The position numbers and the translations under genes were made by a program. DNA of 63,263 nucleotides, from the NCBI GenBank assembly GCA_964513275.1, contig CAZELN010000001.1, positions 406-63,668 on the forward strand, read 5' to 3'. Source of the stretch: an uncultured Gammaproteobacteria bacterium. Its GTDB lineage: Bacteria > Patescibacteriota > Patescibacteriia > UBA9934 > GWF2-40-263. Position 1 is the stretch's first letter. Each line of letters opens with the position of its first letter. The notes beneath the pieces are model-generated. The model had not been told where the DNA came from. It made no database searches and saw only the letters and a program-made list of their open reading frames with translations. Below, piece by piece: positions 10,397 to 20,210 of this stretch.

Positions 10397-10420
10397 CTCG
10401 CCTTTGAACGGCGGGTTTTT
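10397..10420 (+). terminator. intrinsic terminator after rplA
   Basis: CTCGCC-tttgaac-GGCGGG stem (one U-G pair) followed by TTTTT. Confidence 0.55.
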
Positions 10421-10489
10421 AAAATTTCGTTTTTTGTGTCAGGCTGGAGGGTACATAAAGTTCACGATCGTGAAAGTTACGTTCCAACT

Positions 10490-11146
10490 ATGTCCATTCT
10501 TACGCGCTCAGAAATCCTCTCACAAATCGACTCCGGTGGGCTGACGTTCACCCCAGCGCTCGACCAGTTTCAGATCCAGCCGCACGCCATCGATTTGCGC
10601 TTGGGGTACAAATTCCTCATCCCCCGCAACTGGACGGTTGATGAAAAAGGCCGACGCGCGATCAAGATGGCGATCGATGATGTGGACGCCCACCGCGAAC
10701 AGTTCGACGAAGTTCAACTCCAACCCGGTCAGTACTTCGAGCTTCTCCCAAACGAATTCGTGATCGGCACAAGTCTCGAGCGCATCGAACTGGGTGCGAT
10801 GAACCTCATGGCCATTCTCTTTCCTCGCACATCGACAAATCGCCGCGGCATCGACCTCTCGCTCTCGGGAATCATCGATACCGGCTACAAGGGACATCTC
10901 ATCTTCCCCATGAAGAACGAGGCAGGCGATCAGGTCATCCGCGTGTATCCCGGCGAACGTGTGTGCCAGGTCATTTTCCAGGAACTCAACCAGCCACTCA
11001 CCCCCGAAGAAGCCAAGCTCCACGGCCTCACCGCCGCCAAGTACAGCGAGTCGGGCTCCCAGGGTTTCAAACTCGACAAAGACGATGAACGACAAATGCT
11101 TGTAGAAGGCAAACTCGACGAGCTCAAAAACCAGTTCGGCCTCTAG
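10490..11146 (+). CDS. dcd: dCTP deaminase family protein
   Basis: MSILTRSEILSQIDSGGL...QPHAIDLRLG...PGERVCQVIFQEL fits the dCTP deaminase/dUTPase fold family. Confidence 0.75.
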   Translation: MSILTRSEILSQIDSGGLTFTPALDQFQIQPHAIDLRLGYKFLIPRNWTVDEKGRRAIKMAIDDVDAHREQFDEVQLQPGQYFELLPNEFVIGTSLERIELGAMNLMAILFPRTSTNRRGIDLSLSGIIDTGYKGHLIFPMKNEAGDQVIRVYPGERVCQVIFQELNQPLTPEEAKLHGLTAAKYSESGSQGFKLDKDDERQMLVEGKLDELKNQFGL

Positions 11147-11152
11147 CCAAAA

Positions 11153-11176
11153 ACAGCCCAAACGGGCTGTTTTTTG
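11153..11176 (+). terminator. intrinsic terminator after dcd
   Basis: CAGCCC-aaac-GGGCTG followed by TTTTTT. Confidence 0.75.
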
Positions 11177-11185
11177 TTTGAGGTC

Positions 11186-12302
11186 TAGTCAAGTTTTCAA
11201 TGCACCACTTACCCCATGAGTGCTCCTGAGATTTCGTGGGGTGTTTTATATCCGAGTTGAGCTCTGGGTTGGTTGTCGAGTTTGTTTTGGACGTCATAAA
11301 TTTGTTGTGGTGTGACAAGTAAGAAGTCGGTGCCTTTGGGAAAGAATCGTCGAATAAGTCCATTCGAGTTTTCTACCGCACCTTTCTGGTGAGAGCAGTA
11401 GGGATCACAGTGATAGGTGTCGATGTTGTAGTCGAGTCGAAGCTTGTAGTGGTTGGCTCCTTCACTCCCTCGGTCAAACGTGATGCTCTGAAAGTGTTCT
11501 GAACCCAGTTCTTGAATCCGTTGTCGGATGGCTTCTTCTGTCATCTGGGCACTCATGTTTGGAAGATACGTGATGAAGAGCTTGTGTGACTTCAGTTCTC
11601 GAAGAACATTGAGTGCGGCCTTCGACTCCTTTGAGACAATAGAGTCGGATTCCCAGTGACCAAACTCCAAGCGTTGGGTGATTTCCTTGGGTCGCTGATG
11701 AATACTTGTCATGAATGAAATACCCTTTTCTTTCCTTGGTTTTCTCCCAAACTTTCTGTGTCGTTTCTTGTGCTTACGCACTAAGTACTGGTAGAGTCCC
11801 AGAAACCGTCCTGCTCCTTCGTAGGTGTACTGGTATATCGTCTCGTGGCAAACGTACGACCCAGCAACTTGCGAATCTGGATGGTTTTTTAGTCTCCCGG
11901 CAATTTTCTGCGGACTCCATCCTTCCTTCAGTTTTTGCATGACGTAGTTACGTAGCACGTCATCTTCATCGAGTTTGTGACGGTGTTCCCGGCTCAGCCG
12001 CTTCACAGCCACCTCATGCGCAGATGCGGCTCGGTACACTCCCTGACGATCACGGTTGCGCGCAATCTCTCGGACAATGACGGAGTGGTCTCGATGCAAG
12101 TACCTTGCGATCTTTCTTAGACTCCACCAACCTCGCAGAAATAGCTCTATCTTCTCTCGTTCATAGGATGTGATTGGTTGGCCCCTCATAGGCTCCAACC
12201 CTCGTTGAAACTGACCAAGAGGGCAAGTTGCTGGGGTTTTGAAGGGGTCTTGAGGTGGTGCATTGAGTTTAGAATGTAGCTGATCCCCGCGTCGCTTGAC
12301 TA
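11186..12302 (-). mobile_element. IS30-family insertion sequence, apparently intact
   Basis: Inverted blocks TAGTCAAG (11186-11193) / CTTGACTA (12295-12302) and TCAATGCACCAC (11197-11208) / GTGGTGCATTGA (12255-12266). Boundaries are approximate. Confidence 0.65.
11209..12189 (-). CDS. IS30-family transposase
   Basis: HTH N-terminus. DDE region GHWESDSIV..., TFDRGSEGANH..., YHCDPYCSHQKGAVENSNGLIRRFFPKGTDF. Start trimmed to ATG 12189. Confidence 0.88.
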   Translation of the reverse strand: MRGQPITSYEREKIELFLRGWWSLRKIARYLHRDHSVIVREIARNRDRQGVYRAASAHEVAVKRLSREHRHKLDEDDVLRNYVMQKLKEGWSPQKIAGRLKNHPDSQVAGSYVCHETIYQYTYEGAGRFLGLYQYLVRKHKKRHRKFGRKPRKEKGISFMTSIHQRPKEITQRLEFGHWESDSIVSKESKAALNVLRELKSHKLFITYLPNMSAQMTEEAIRQRIQELGSEHFQSITFDRGSEGANHYKLRLDYNIDTYHCDPYCSHQKGAVENSNGLIRRFFPKGTDFLLVTPQQIYDVQNKLDNQPRAQLGYKTPHEISGALMG

Positions 12303-12346
12303 TTTGTAGGGAGTAGAGCACAATTCGCGCATTATTGTGATTTTTT

Positions 12347-13045
12347 ATGACAGACACCATTCTTGAAGCCAAAACACGTACGGAAAAAGGGCGTAAAACA
12401 TATCGTTTGCGAGCAGTAGGAGCTGTGCCTGGCGTTGTCTATGGATCTGGAACTGCTCCACAAAACATTACGGTTGACCGAAATCAGTTTATTAAGACCT
12501 TTAAGGAAGCGGGAGAAAGCTCCATCGTTGAGTTGAAAATTGATGCACATGCTCCGCTCCATGTTCTTATTCAGGACTACCAAGTTGATCCTCTGCGAAA
12601 CGAGTTCACGCATATTGATTTTCGGTCGATCGACATGAACAAGGAAATCGAGACTGAAGTCGAACTGGAATTTATTGGAGAGTCTGCCGCGGTGAAAGCG
12701 CTTGGCGGCACATTCATCCCCTCTCGCGAGACGGTCGCCATCCGCGCTCTTCCATCCAAACTGGTTCGATCGATCCAGGTCGATATCAGTGTGCTAGCAA
12801 CATTTGATGATTCCATTCGTGTCTCTGGCTTAACCGTTCCGGAAGGCGTCGAGATTTTGGAAGATGCGGAACTTTCCATTGCGTCTGTTGAACCTCCACG
12901 CTCTGATGCGGAAATGGAGGCTTTGAATGCGGCCGTGGAAGAGGATGTATCTGCGGTAGAAGTCGCAAAGGAGAAGAAAGCACAGGAGGGAGAAGAAGAC
13001 GCGCAAGACGCGGGCGATGCCAAAGGCTCTCCGGAAAAGAAGTAA
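12347..13045 (+). CDS. rplY: 50S ribosomal protein L25/Ctc form
   Basis: LEAKTRTEKGRKTYRLRAVGAVPGVVYG..., with an acidic C-terminal tail. Confidence 0.9.
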   Translation: MTDTILEAKTRTEKGRKTYRLRAVGAVPGVVYGSGTAPQNITVDRNQFIKTFKEAGESSIVELKIDAHAPLHVLIQDYQVDPLRNEFTHIDFRSIDMNKEIETEVELEFIGESAAVKALGGTFIPSRETVAIRALPSKLVRSIQVDISVLATFDDSIRVSGLTVPEGVEILEDAELSIASVEPPRSDAEMEALNAAVEEDVSAVEVAKEKKAQEGEEDAQDAGDAKGSPEKK

Positions 13046-13047
13046 TC

Positions 13048-14127
13048 ATGTCTGGGATGAAAAAAATCCCTTTTCGCCTCCCAGGCCTCTGGGGGAAGGC
13101 CGACCGGCTTTTGTTGGTCGGTCTTCTTCTTGTGTTAGGACTTGTCGGACTGGTTTTGGCTGTGCTGCCGAAATTTGTGTTTCGGACGCAAGAGCAAACG
13201 ACGTCGACACAATCAAACACATCTGAACTTTTGTATCGTCATCCACTGACAGGCGTGGCTTTGTATGAACCTCTTGATCTCCCGCACGTTTTTTCCGTGA
13301 TGGTGGATAACCATGAGGAAGCGTGGCCTCCTTCAGGAATCGACCAGGCCTTTTTGGTCGTGGAAGCGCCGGTAGAGGCGGGGATTTCTCGCATGCTTGC
13401 CTTTTTCAGTGAAGATCAGTCCGTCGAGGAAATTGGTCCCGTGCGCTCCGCGCGGCCGTATTACCTTGATTGGGCTTCTGAGTTTGATGCGCTGTATGCC
13501 CATGTGGGTGGTTCAAGTAAGGCGTTGGACTCGATTGCCTCCAGTGATACATTTGACCTGAACCAATATTGGTGGGGAGATTATTTTTGGCGTGCTACGA
13601 ACCGATACGCGCCACATAACGTTTATACATCAACCGAACTATTGAATGCGTTTAATACGATGCGTGAAGAGGCAGGTGTTGCGCCGACTCGGTTGTATGA
13701 TTTATGGATGTTTAAAGATTCAGAGCCAACAGGAAAAAATGGCATGGGTTTGTACGTCGATTTTTGGGCGCCCGTATATGTGGTGGATTGGGAATATGAT
13801 GGGGAGACTGGCCGATATTTGCGATCCCAGTTTGGCGAGCCACATGTGACAGTGACAGGGGAACAAATCGTCGCCGATAATATTGCCGTCGTCATCACGG
13901 ATATTGAGATTATCGACAATGTCGGACGACGGGAGATTCGCACAACCGGAGAAGGGGAGGGGTATGTGTTGCAAGACGGAATAGTGATTGAAGTGACGTG
14001 GAAAAAACCATCCAAGTCAGAACGGTTGAAATTCTACAGTCGTGCAACCAGCGAAGAGATCGTGATGAATGCCGGTGTGACGTGGATCGAGATTGTCGGG
14101 AATGAGGAAGATGTTACTATTGAGTAA
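13048..14127 (+). CDS. DUF3048-domain secreted/membrane-anchored protein
   Basis: N-terminal TM. VMVDNHEEAWPPSGIDQAFLVVEAPVEAGISRMLAFF...GPVRSARPYY matches the DUF3048 pattern. Confidence 0.7.
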   Translation: MSGMKKIPFRLPGLWGKADRLLLVGLLLVLGLVGLVLAVLPKFVFRTQEQTTSTQSNTSELLYRHPLTGVALYEPLDLPHVFSVMVDNHEEAWPPSGIDQAFLVVEAPVEAGISRMLAFFSEDQSVEEIGPVRSARPYYLDWASEFDALYAHVGGSSKALDSIASSDTFDLNQYWWGDYFWRATNRYAPHNVYTSTELLNAFNTMREEAGVAPTRLYDLWMFKDSEPTGKNGMGLYVDFWAPVYVVDWEYDGETGRYLRSQFGEPHVTVTGEQIVADNIAVVITDIEIIDNVGRREIRTTGEGEGYVLQDGIVIEVTWKKPSKSERLKFYSRATSEEIVMNAGVTWIEIVGNEEDVTIE

Positions 14128-14128
14128 T

Positions 14129-15142
14129 ATGGCAAAATATCGAGGTGATTACGATCCTATTGATGATCCTTCTTTGCGAGATTTGCTGGAAGGGAAAGAT
14201 GTGGCCGATCAGGCCTTGCGCGAGATCGATGATGTGTATGCCCTCAGCGACCCTTTTCAGTGGGGCGAGTACGGCTATCCTGTCCCGGATCCGGAGTCCT
14301 TACTTGTGAGGGTTCACGATATTCGTTCCATGTTGGAATCGCTTCCAAAGCCGGAAAAAGAGAAGATTGAACAAGACATTCGCGGACTCGTTGACCGTGT
14401 CGTCCAAGTCTATCCGCATTTCGTGACAGACCTCGTTGAGCGGTTTGGGTATGCTCAATCCATTGGAAGGGAAGCGCGGATGAGTGCTGAAGATATTCGT
14501 GAGGTGATCGCCAAGGCGATTGATGCCTCTTCTCGTATTCGAGCTGACAAAATGCAGGACTATCTCATAACGATTTTTCGGGAGGAACATCGACTCACTT
14601 TGCTTGTGAAAGAACCGCGCTACTACGTGTTTGAACGTGAGGCGGCGAAATTGGAGCGGGAACTCTCTGAGGCAGCGTTTCCTTTTTTTTGGGGAGATCG
14701 CTGGGATCCAAAGCGGGCGATTGGAGATGCGGGGGAAGCAGAGGCGAAGCTTAAAGAGAGAGAAAAAATTTTTGAGGAGACGACGGCTCGCTTGGCCCAA
14801 CTCATGGAAGAAATGCATGATCCGCTTGTGAAAGGGATTGCCCAAGATACGCTCCAGCGCTTTGGGCAGTACCTTGAGTTTTTCAAAAAGAGGAACGAGG
14901 AATCAGGTACCTACCAACCAGAGAAAGAGGTGCGGCCTGTTCAGTCGATCGATAACGCTTATCGTGCATTGGGTTTTACAGGTTCGTTGAGGCCATCTAA
15001 AGAGGAAGTAACAAAGCAATACGTGAAGCTTGCCATGGAGAACCATCCAGATAAAGTAGGAGATGAAGGGACAAAGCGCATGGCCGCCATCAACGTGGCA
15101 ATGAAAGTCTTGCGGGAAACCTGGGAAAAGGAAGATGCTTAG
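14129..15142 (+). CDS. J-domain (DnaJ-like) protein
   Basis: C-terminal AYRALGF...EEVTKQYVKLAMENHPDKVGDEGTKRMAAINVAMKVL contains the HPD motif. The remainder is unrecognised. Confidence 0.65.
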   Translation: MAKYRGDYDPIDDPSLRDLLEGKDVADQALREIDDVYALSDPFQWGEYGYPVPDPESLLVRVHDIRSMLESLPKPEKEKIEQDIRGLVDRVVQVYPHFVTDLVERFGYAQSIGREARMSAEDIREVIAKAIDASSRIRADKMQDYLITIFREEHRLTLLVKEPRYYVFEREAAKLERELSEAAFPFFWGDRWDPKRAIGDAGEAEAKLKEREKIFEETTARLAQLMEEMHDPLVKGIAQDTLQRFGQYLEFFKKRNEESGTYQPEKEVRPVQSIDNAYRALGFTGSLRPSKEEVTKQYVKLAMENHPDKVGDEGTKRMAAINVAMKVLRETWEKEDA

Positions 15143-16047
15143 ATATGTGCCTCGATCACCCGGTCGTTGCTGTGGAGGTCTTGGTGGGTGAGAAGTTTGG
15201 CGCTGGGGAAATTATGGAGAATGAGTTTCTCGGCAGCGATACGTTGTTCAGGATCAATTTCAATGAGCACAATCAGTTCGCGTGGGAGGATTTTTCGATC
15301 TGACCGTAGTTGGCGAAAGAGTTCCCAATAGGCATCCAGTCCATCGACACCAGCTCGAAGCGCAAGTTCAGGCTCGTGGCGAATTTCCTCCTGGAGATTG
15401 TCCATGCGGACTTCGGAGAGGTAGGGAAGGTTGGCTGTCATGAGCAGTGTCTTAAACGGATAAACCGACGATGTCTGCACGTTGGTTTGTCCTCGGATCG
15501 TTTTGAAGATGCGGACGATTGGTTCTGCAAGATTTCCGGGCTGGAAGTCAACGGCTGTCTCAGGCACAAGAGCGGCCGCATTTTTTTTAGCGACCTCGAG
15601 AGCTGACTTGTCGATCTCCACGGCGATGACAGGGAGGTTTGTTTCGGCAGCAAGCGTTACGGCGATAGCACCGGAACCCGTTCCCAAATCTACGATGAGT
15701 GTGCGTTCTGGGTCTTTATCAATGATCGCCTTGATCGCGAGCTCAACGATTACTTCCGTCTCTGGTCGTGGAATGAGCACGCGCTTATCCACGTGGAAGT
15801 CACGGCCGTAAAATGCCTTTTTGCCGACGAGATAGGCCACAGGTTCTCGATCCTCTCGGCGATTCACGAGTTCAAAAAATTTTTCTTCCTGATGGGATTT
15901 GAATTTGTCCGCGAAATGCGCAAAGAGCCATGCCTTGGAAGTATCCAGGCTGTAGGCAAGCAAAATTTCCGCATCGAGCATAGGAGAATCGACGCCGGCC
16001 TTGCGCAATTTATTGTTGGCCCATTGGAGGGCTTCCATGATGGTCAT
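15139..16047 (-). CDS. prmC: release-factor glutamine N5-methyltransferase
   Basis: SAM-binding VDLGTGSGAIAV and N(L)PY motif (TANLPYL). Located in an operon with prfA. Confidence 0.85.
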   Translation of the reverse strand: MTIMEALQWANNKLRKAGVDSPMLDAEILLAYSLDTSKAWLFAHFADKFKSHQEEKFFELVNRREDREPVAYLVGKKAFYGRDFHVDKRVLIPRPETEVIVELAIKAIIDKDPERTLIVDLGTGSGAIAVTLAAETNLPVIAVEIDKSALEVAKKNAAALVPETAVDFQPGNLAEPIVRIFKTIRGQTNVQTSSVYPFKTLLMTANLPYLSEVRMDNLQEEIRHEPELALRAGVDGLDAYWELFRQLRSDRKILPRELIVLIEIDPEQRIAAEKLILHNFPSAKLLTHQDLHSNDRVIEAHI

Positions 16048-16712
16048 GTTTGTTCGCGTGTTCGTTTCAATTCCTCGAGTGTTCCAACTTGTTGCCAGGA
16101 TGTTGCTTTGACCGCAGTGATCGTTTGGTCATGAGCAAGTTTGGCAAGTGTTTGTGGCAGTCCAAACTCATGGTAATGACTGACTTGGATTTCGACAGGC
16201 TTCACACCAAAAAATTCCGAGCCAAGCACATAGGCTCCACACACCGCGAGGCTCCCAGATCCCAGGCCAGTGAACCGACCCTGCGTAATTTGTGCACCAG
16301 CTTCGAGGTGCTTTCCTGATTCATAGACGAGAATCGATCGCGGGTAGGAAACCAGCCGTTCGAGGTCTTCTTTTTTATACATATCGTCGCTGTTGATAAC
16401 GAGAAATGAACCATGAAGATGTTCTTGCAAAAGCATGACAGCTCCGGCGGTGCCGCTCAGCGGCTCTTGGATCACATAACGAATCGGTTTATTCCTCCAT
16501 TGCGAACCGACGGACTTGATAATCTGTTCGCGTAGGTGGTTTAGGACGATAAAGATTTCATCGATGGAATCTGGAAGTGCCTCGAGAGCGAGCTGAATCA
16601 TTGTTTTCCCACCGATTTCAATCAGAGGTTTTGGGATGTTGTGCGTGAGCGGTCGCAGCCTGGCGCCTTTTCCTGCGGCGAGGATGACGGCTTGCATATC
16701 AAACAAGCTCAC
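16044..16712 (-). CDS. sugar-phosphate nucleotidyltransferase family protein
   Basis: AVILAAGKGARLRPLTHNIPKPLIEIGGKTMI is the NTP_transferase signature. Confidence 0.75.
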   Translation of the reverse strand: MSLFDMQAVILAAGKGARLRPLTHNIPKPLIEIGGKTMIQLALEALPDSIDEIFIVLNHLREQIIKSVGSQWRNKPIRYVIQEPLSGTAGAVMLLQEHLHGSFLVINSDDMYKKEDLERLVSYPRSILVYESGKHLEAGAQITQGRFTGLGSGSLAVCGAYVLGSEFFGVKPVEIQVSHYHEFGLPQTLAKLAHDQTITAVKATSWQQVGTLEELKRTREQT

Positions 16713-17793
16713 TCAGACGTTCCTCGATTTCGGCACGTTTAAGCTCTTCGATAATGTCATCCAACCCTCCATTCATGATGGCGGGAAGATTGTGAAAGTT
16801 TTGGTTGATGCGGTGGTCCGTGAGGCGATCCTGCGGAAAATTGTAGGTGCGGATTTTTTCGCTTCTGTCCCCGGTGCCCACTTGTCCACGTCGAGCCTCC
16901 TCCCGTTCTTTTCGCAGTCGTTCCTGTTCCAGCGCAAACACGCGAGAGCGGATAATCGAAAGCGCACGCTCTTTATTTTGCTTGAACGACCGCTCTTCTT
17001 GGCAGTAGACCATCAGGCCAGTCGGGATGTGCGTGATGCGTACCGCCGAGTAAGTGGTGTTCACACTTTGTCCGCCCGCGCCTTGTGAGGTCGTGGCTTG
17101 GATCTCCAGATCTTCCGGACGGATTTTTACGTCGACCTCCTCGACTTCTGGGAGAATCGCTACCGTGACCGTTGAGGTGTGAACACGTCCTGCCTTCTCG
17201 GTTTCCGGCACGCGTTGTACACGATGCACACCGGACTCATATTTCAAACGGCTATAGGCATTAAGCCCCTTGATTTCGACAATAATTTCTTTAAATCCAC
17301 CAACATCGCTTCGATTGGCTGATACGAGTTCGACTTTCCAGCCATGCATTTCCGCATAGAGTGTGTAAGTGCGTAGCAGTTCGGATGCAAACAAGGTCGA
17401 TTCGTCGCCTCCTGCGCCGGCGCGGATTTCGACGATGATGCTTTTCTTGTCGAGTGGATCTGGGGGAATGAGGGCGACGGTGAGGTCGTGTTCAAGAGTT
17501 GGGAGTCGTGCTTCAACATCGGCAATCTCCTGTTGAGCAAGCCCAATCAAATCTGTATCCTTTGTTGTCGCGATTGTTTCGCGTGCTCCTTCTAAATCGC
17601 GTATGGCTTTTTCGTAGCGTTCACCAACTTCCACGACTTCACGTTCCGCTGCGTATGCTTCGTTTACTTCCCGGATTTTTTGCGGATCCGAAAGCACCGC
17701 CGCGGAAGAGAGCTGCGTTTCCAGTGTATGGAGGTGCTCCCGTCGGGAGCGAAGTTGTTCAATGAGATTCATAAACAAAAAGCGTTCTTCCAC
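16699..17793 (-). CDS. prfA: peptide chain release factor 1
   Basis: GGQ motif (SQGAGGQSVNTT) and PxT-type tripeptide (VPETE). The start may be ATG 17772. Confidence 0.95.
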   Translation of the reverse strand: MEERFLFMNLIEQLRSRREHLHTLETQLSSAAVLSDPQKIREVNEAYAAEREVVEVGERYEKAIRDLEGARETIATTKDTDLIGLAQQEIADVEARLPTLEHDLTVALIPPDPLDKKSIIVEIRAGAGGDESTLFASELLRTYTLYAEMHGWKVELVSANRSDVGGFKEIIVEIKGLNAYSRLKYESGVHRVQRVPETEKAGRVHTSTVTVAILPEVEEVDVKIRPEDLEIQATTSQGAGGQSVNTTYSAVRITHIPTGLMVYCQEERSFKQNKERALSIIRSRVFALEQERLRKEREEARRGQVGTGDRSEKIRTYNFPQDRLTDHRINQNFHNLPAIMNGGLDDIIEELKRAEIEERLSELV

Positions 17794-17823
17794 TGTATCC
17801 GAAGAACGCTCTTCTTTTCAATG

Positions 17824-18117
17824 TTACGCTCCTGCTTTTTCCTTTTCTTCGCGCTTCGCCACTTTTTGGGCACTGCGCTTGGCGGCTTTCGCCTTCTTGC
17901 CTGTTTTGCTAGTGGCCTTGAGGGCGGAACGCTCTTGGAATTTCTCCACACGTCGAGCGGTATCGATGATTTTCTGCTTTCCGGTATAGAACGGGTGGCA
18001 CGCGGCACAGAGCTCAATCTGAAGTTCAGGACTGGTTGAACCGATCTCGTAGATCGCGCCACAGGCGCAGGAGATTTTGGCATTCGCCGTGTAATTTGGG
18101 TGGATGTCTTTCTTCAT
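17824..18117 (-). CDS. rpmE: 50S ribosomal protein L31 with Lys-rich C-terminal tail
   Basis: MKKDIHPNY...CAACHPFYTGKQKIIDT. Confidence 0.9.
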   Translation of the reverse strand: MKKDIHPNYTANAKISCACGAIYEIGSTSPELQIELCAACHPFYTGKQKIIDTARRVEKFQERSALKATSKTGKKAKAAKRSAQKVAKREEKEKAGA

Positions 18118-18221
18118 AGATGTGCACGCTTTGTATACGTACCATTAGTTTTATCGGCGAAAGATTAGCAATGGATCCCGTATTTGTCAATCTTTCAAGG
18201 CTCGCGCATGATAGGGGCATT

Positions 18222-19322
18222 ATGGCGACATCTGTATCCCTTTTTGATTACGAGCTTCCCGAAGAGTTGATTGCCCAGCATTCCGTAGAACCGCGAGACC
18301 ACTCGCGGTTAATGGTCGTCGATCGTGTAACAGGGGAGCGACAGCACAAACGGTTCTACGAGATCGTCGATGAGCTACACCCTGGGGATGTCTTGGTCAT
18401 GAACAACACAAAGGTGTTTCGCGCGAGGCTCGAGGCGATCGTCGTACGCTCGTCATTGCGAGGAGCACTGCGACGAAGCAATCCTTCGATCGAATTATTT
18501 TTGTTGCGACCTCGAGGTGAGCACGAATGGGAAGTGCTTGTTCGTCCAGGACGGCACGTGGAGGTTGGAGATGAAATTCGATTTGGTGATATTCGAGCGG
18601 GAGTTACAAGCAAGGGAGAGACGTTACGCATCTGTCCCGATCGGGACACATGTGATGTGCTGGCTCATGCGGATACGCACGGGCAGATTCCCATCCCTCC
18701 TTATGTTCACGAGGTTCCCAAGATACTTGATCAATACCAGACGGTCTACGCGCAAGAAACTGGATCGGTTGCGGCGCCGACGGCTGGATTCCACTTCACC
18801 GACGAGCTCCTCGAGAAAATCCGTGCGCGCGGCGTTGAGATGCAATATGTGACGTTGCACGTTGGGCTCGGGACGTTCCGTCCGATGAAAAGCGAGACGA
18901 TTGAAGAGCATGAGATGCACAGCGAGTTCGTGACGATTGATTCGAACACGACACAGGCGATTAACCGTGCCAAACAAGAAGGTCGTCGCGTGATCGCGGT
19001 TGGGACCACAACGGTGCGGACGCTCGAGGGGGTTTCTAGGTTGTGTCATCCCGAGCGACCGAAGGGAGTCGAGGGATCTCGAATCCTACCGAAAGAAGGT
19101 TTTTCTGGCGACGTCAATCTTTTCATCACTCCCGGATTCCATTTTCACGTCGTCGACGCCCTTGTCACGAATTTCCACCTTCCCAAGTCGACGTTGCTGG
19201 TTTTGGTGAGTGCTTTCGCCGGTAGGGATCATATTCTTGCTGCATACCAGGAAGCCGTTCGTGAACGCTACCGCTTCTTCTCCTTTGGCGATGCGATGTT
19301 TATTCGGCTCAAAGAAGATTGA
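18222..19322 (+). CDS. queA: S-adenosylmethionine:tRNA ribosyltransferase-isomerase
   Basis: LFDYELPEELIAQHSVEPRDHSRLMVV, VAAPTAGFHFT, VTLHVGLGTFRP, AVGTTTVRTLE, VTNFHLPKSTLLVLVSAFAG. Confidence 0.93.
   Translation: MATSVSLFDYELPEELIAQHSVEPRDHSRLMVVDRVTGERQHKRFYEIVDELHPGDVLVMNNTKVFRARLEAIVVRSSLRGALRRSNPSIELFLLRPRGEHEWEVLVRPGRHVEVGDEIRFGDIRAGVTSKGETLRICPDRDTCDVLAHADTHGQIPIPPYVHEVPKILDQYQTVYAQETGSVAAPTAGFHFTDELLEKIRARGVEMQYVTLHVGLGTFRPMKSETIEEHEMHSEFVTIDSNTTQAINRAKQEGRRVIAVGTTTVRTLEGVSRLCHPERPKGVEGSRILPKEGFSGDVNLFITPGFHFHVVDALVTNFHLPKSTLLVLVSAFAGRDHILAAYQEAVRERYRFFSFGDAMFIRLKED
18450..18484 (+). repeat. half-copy of the CGTCATTGCGAGG...GAAGCAATC palindromic repeat, in frame inside queA
   Basis: TCGTCATTGCGAGGAGCACTGCGACGAAGCAATCC. 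Same family as the elements at 59303-59391 and 60582-60668. Confidence 0.75.
19045..19082 (+). repeat. GTCATCCCGAGCGA...GAGGGATCTCGA repeat, in frame inside queA
   Basis: Shares both terminal blocks with the copy at 44230-44258. Confidence 0.7.
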
Positions 19323-19448
19323 CGGAAAGAGAAGGATTGTTTATAGTTCCGCGCGTAATTCAATCATTCAGGTGGAACGCACACAAGCTGGTTCCTCCCC
19401 CTCTTCACGGGGTCCAGATGTGCCACCGACGTAAAAAGGAAACACTCT

Positions 19449-20195
19449 ATGGCAACGATGCCTTCCTTGGTCGACATGCTGAAATCCGGCATGCACTATG
19501 GCCACACGACTAGCCGCTGGCACCCAAAGATGAAGCCGTTCATCTTTGGTACCCGCCAGGGCGTTCACATTATTAACCTGGAGAAGACCCAAGAATATCT
19601 TGCGTCGGCTCTTGAGACCCTCAAAGGCATTGCCTCCCGCGGCGGTGTTATGTTGTTTGTAGGCACCAAGCTCCAAGCAAAAGGTCCAATCCAAAAATAT
19701 GCGGAGGCCTGTGGGATGCCCTATGTTCAAAATCGCTGGCTCGGAGGAACGCTCACGAATTTTGGACAAATCAAGCAGACACTCAAGCGCCTCAAGACCT
19801 TGAAGGATCAGCGCGATAAAGGTGAGCTCAAGAAGTACACCAAGAAGGAGCAAATCATGATCGGACGAGAGATCGAAGAGATGGAAGTGAAATTTGGTGG
19901 AATTGAAAACATCACCCGTACTCCAGACGCCATCTTCGTCATCGACGTGAAGACCGAGAAGACCGCTGTTCAAGAAGCGATCGTCATGGGAATTCCGGTG
20001 ATCGCGCTGTGTGACACCAATGTGAATCCAGAAGGGATCATGAAAGTCATTCCAGGAAATGATGACGCGGTGAAGTCGATCGAGTTGGTGTGTAAACTGG
20101 TGAGTGATGCGGTCAAGGACGGGAAAGCGATGGCTGCCAAGACGGCCGCTGACACCCGAACCAAGACGACCAAAAAAGAAGAATCTCAATCATAA
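19449..20195 (+). CDS. rpsB: 30S ribosomal protein S2
   Basis: LKSGMHYGHTTSRWHPKMKPFIFGTRQGVHIINLEKT. Confidence 0.97.
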   Translation: MATMPSLVDMLKSGMHYGHTTSRWHPKMKPFIFGTRQGVHIINLEKTQEYLASALETLKGIASRGGVMLFVGTKLQAKGPIQKYAEACGMPYVQNRWLGGTLTNFGQIKQTLKRLKTLKDQRDKGELKKYTKKEQIMIGREIEEMEVKFGGIENITRTPDAIFVIDVKTEKTAVQEAIVMGIPVIALCDTNVNPEGIMKVIPGNDDAVKSIELVCKLVSDAVKDGKAMAAKTAADTRTKTTKKEESQS

Positions 20196-20210
20196 CCATT
20201 GCCGTTCTTT

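Noticed and set aside
19368-20189. 273-aa minus-strand ORF
   Set aside because: It is antisense to rpsB, which is unambiguous.
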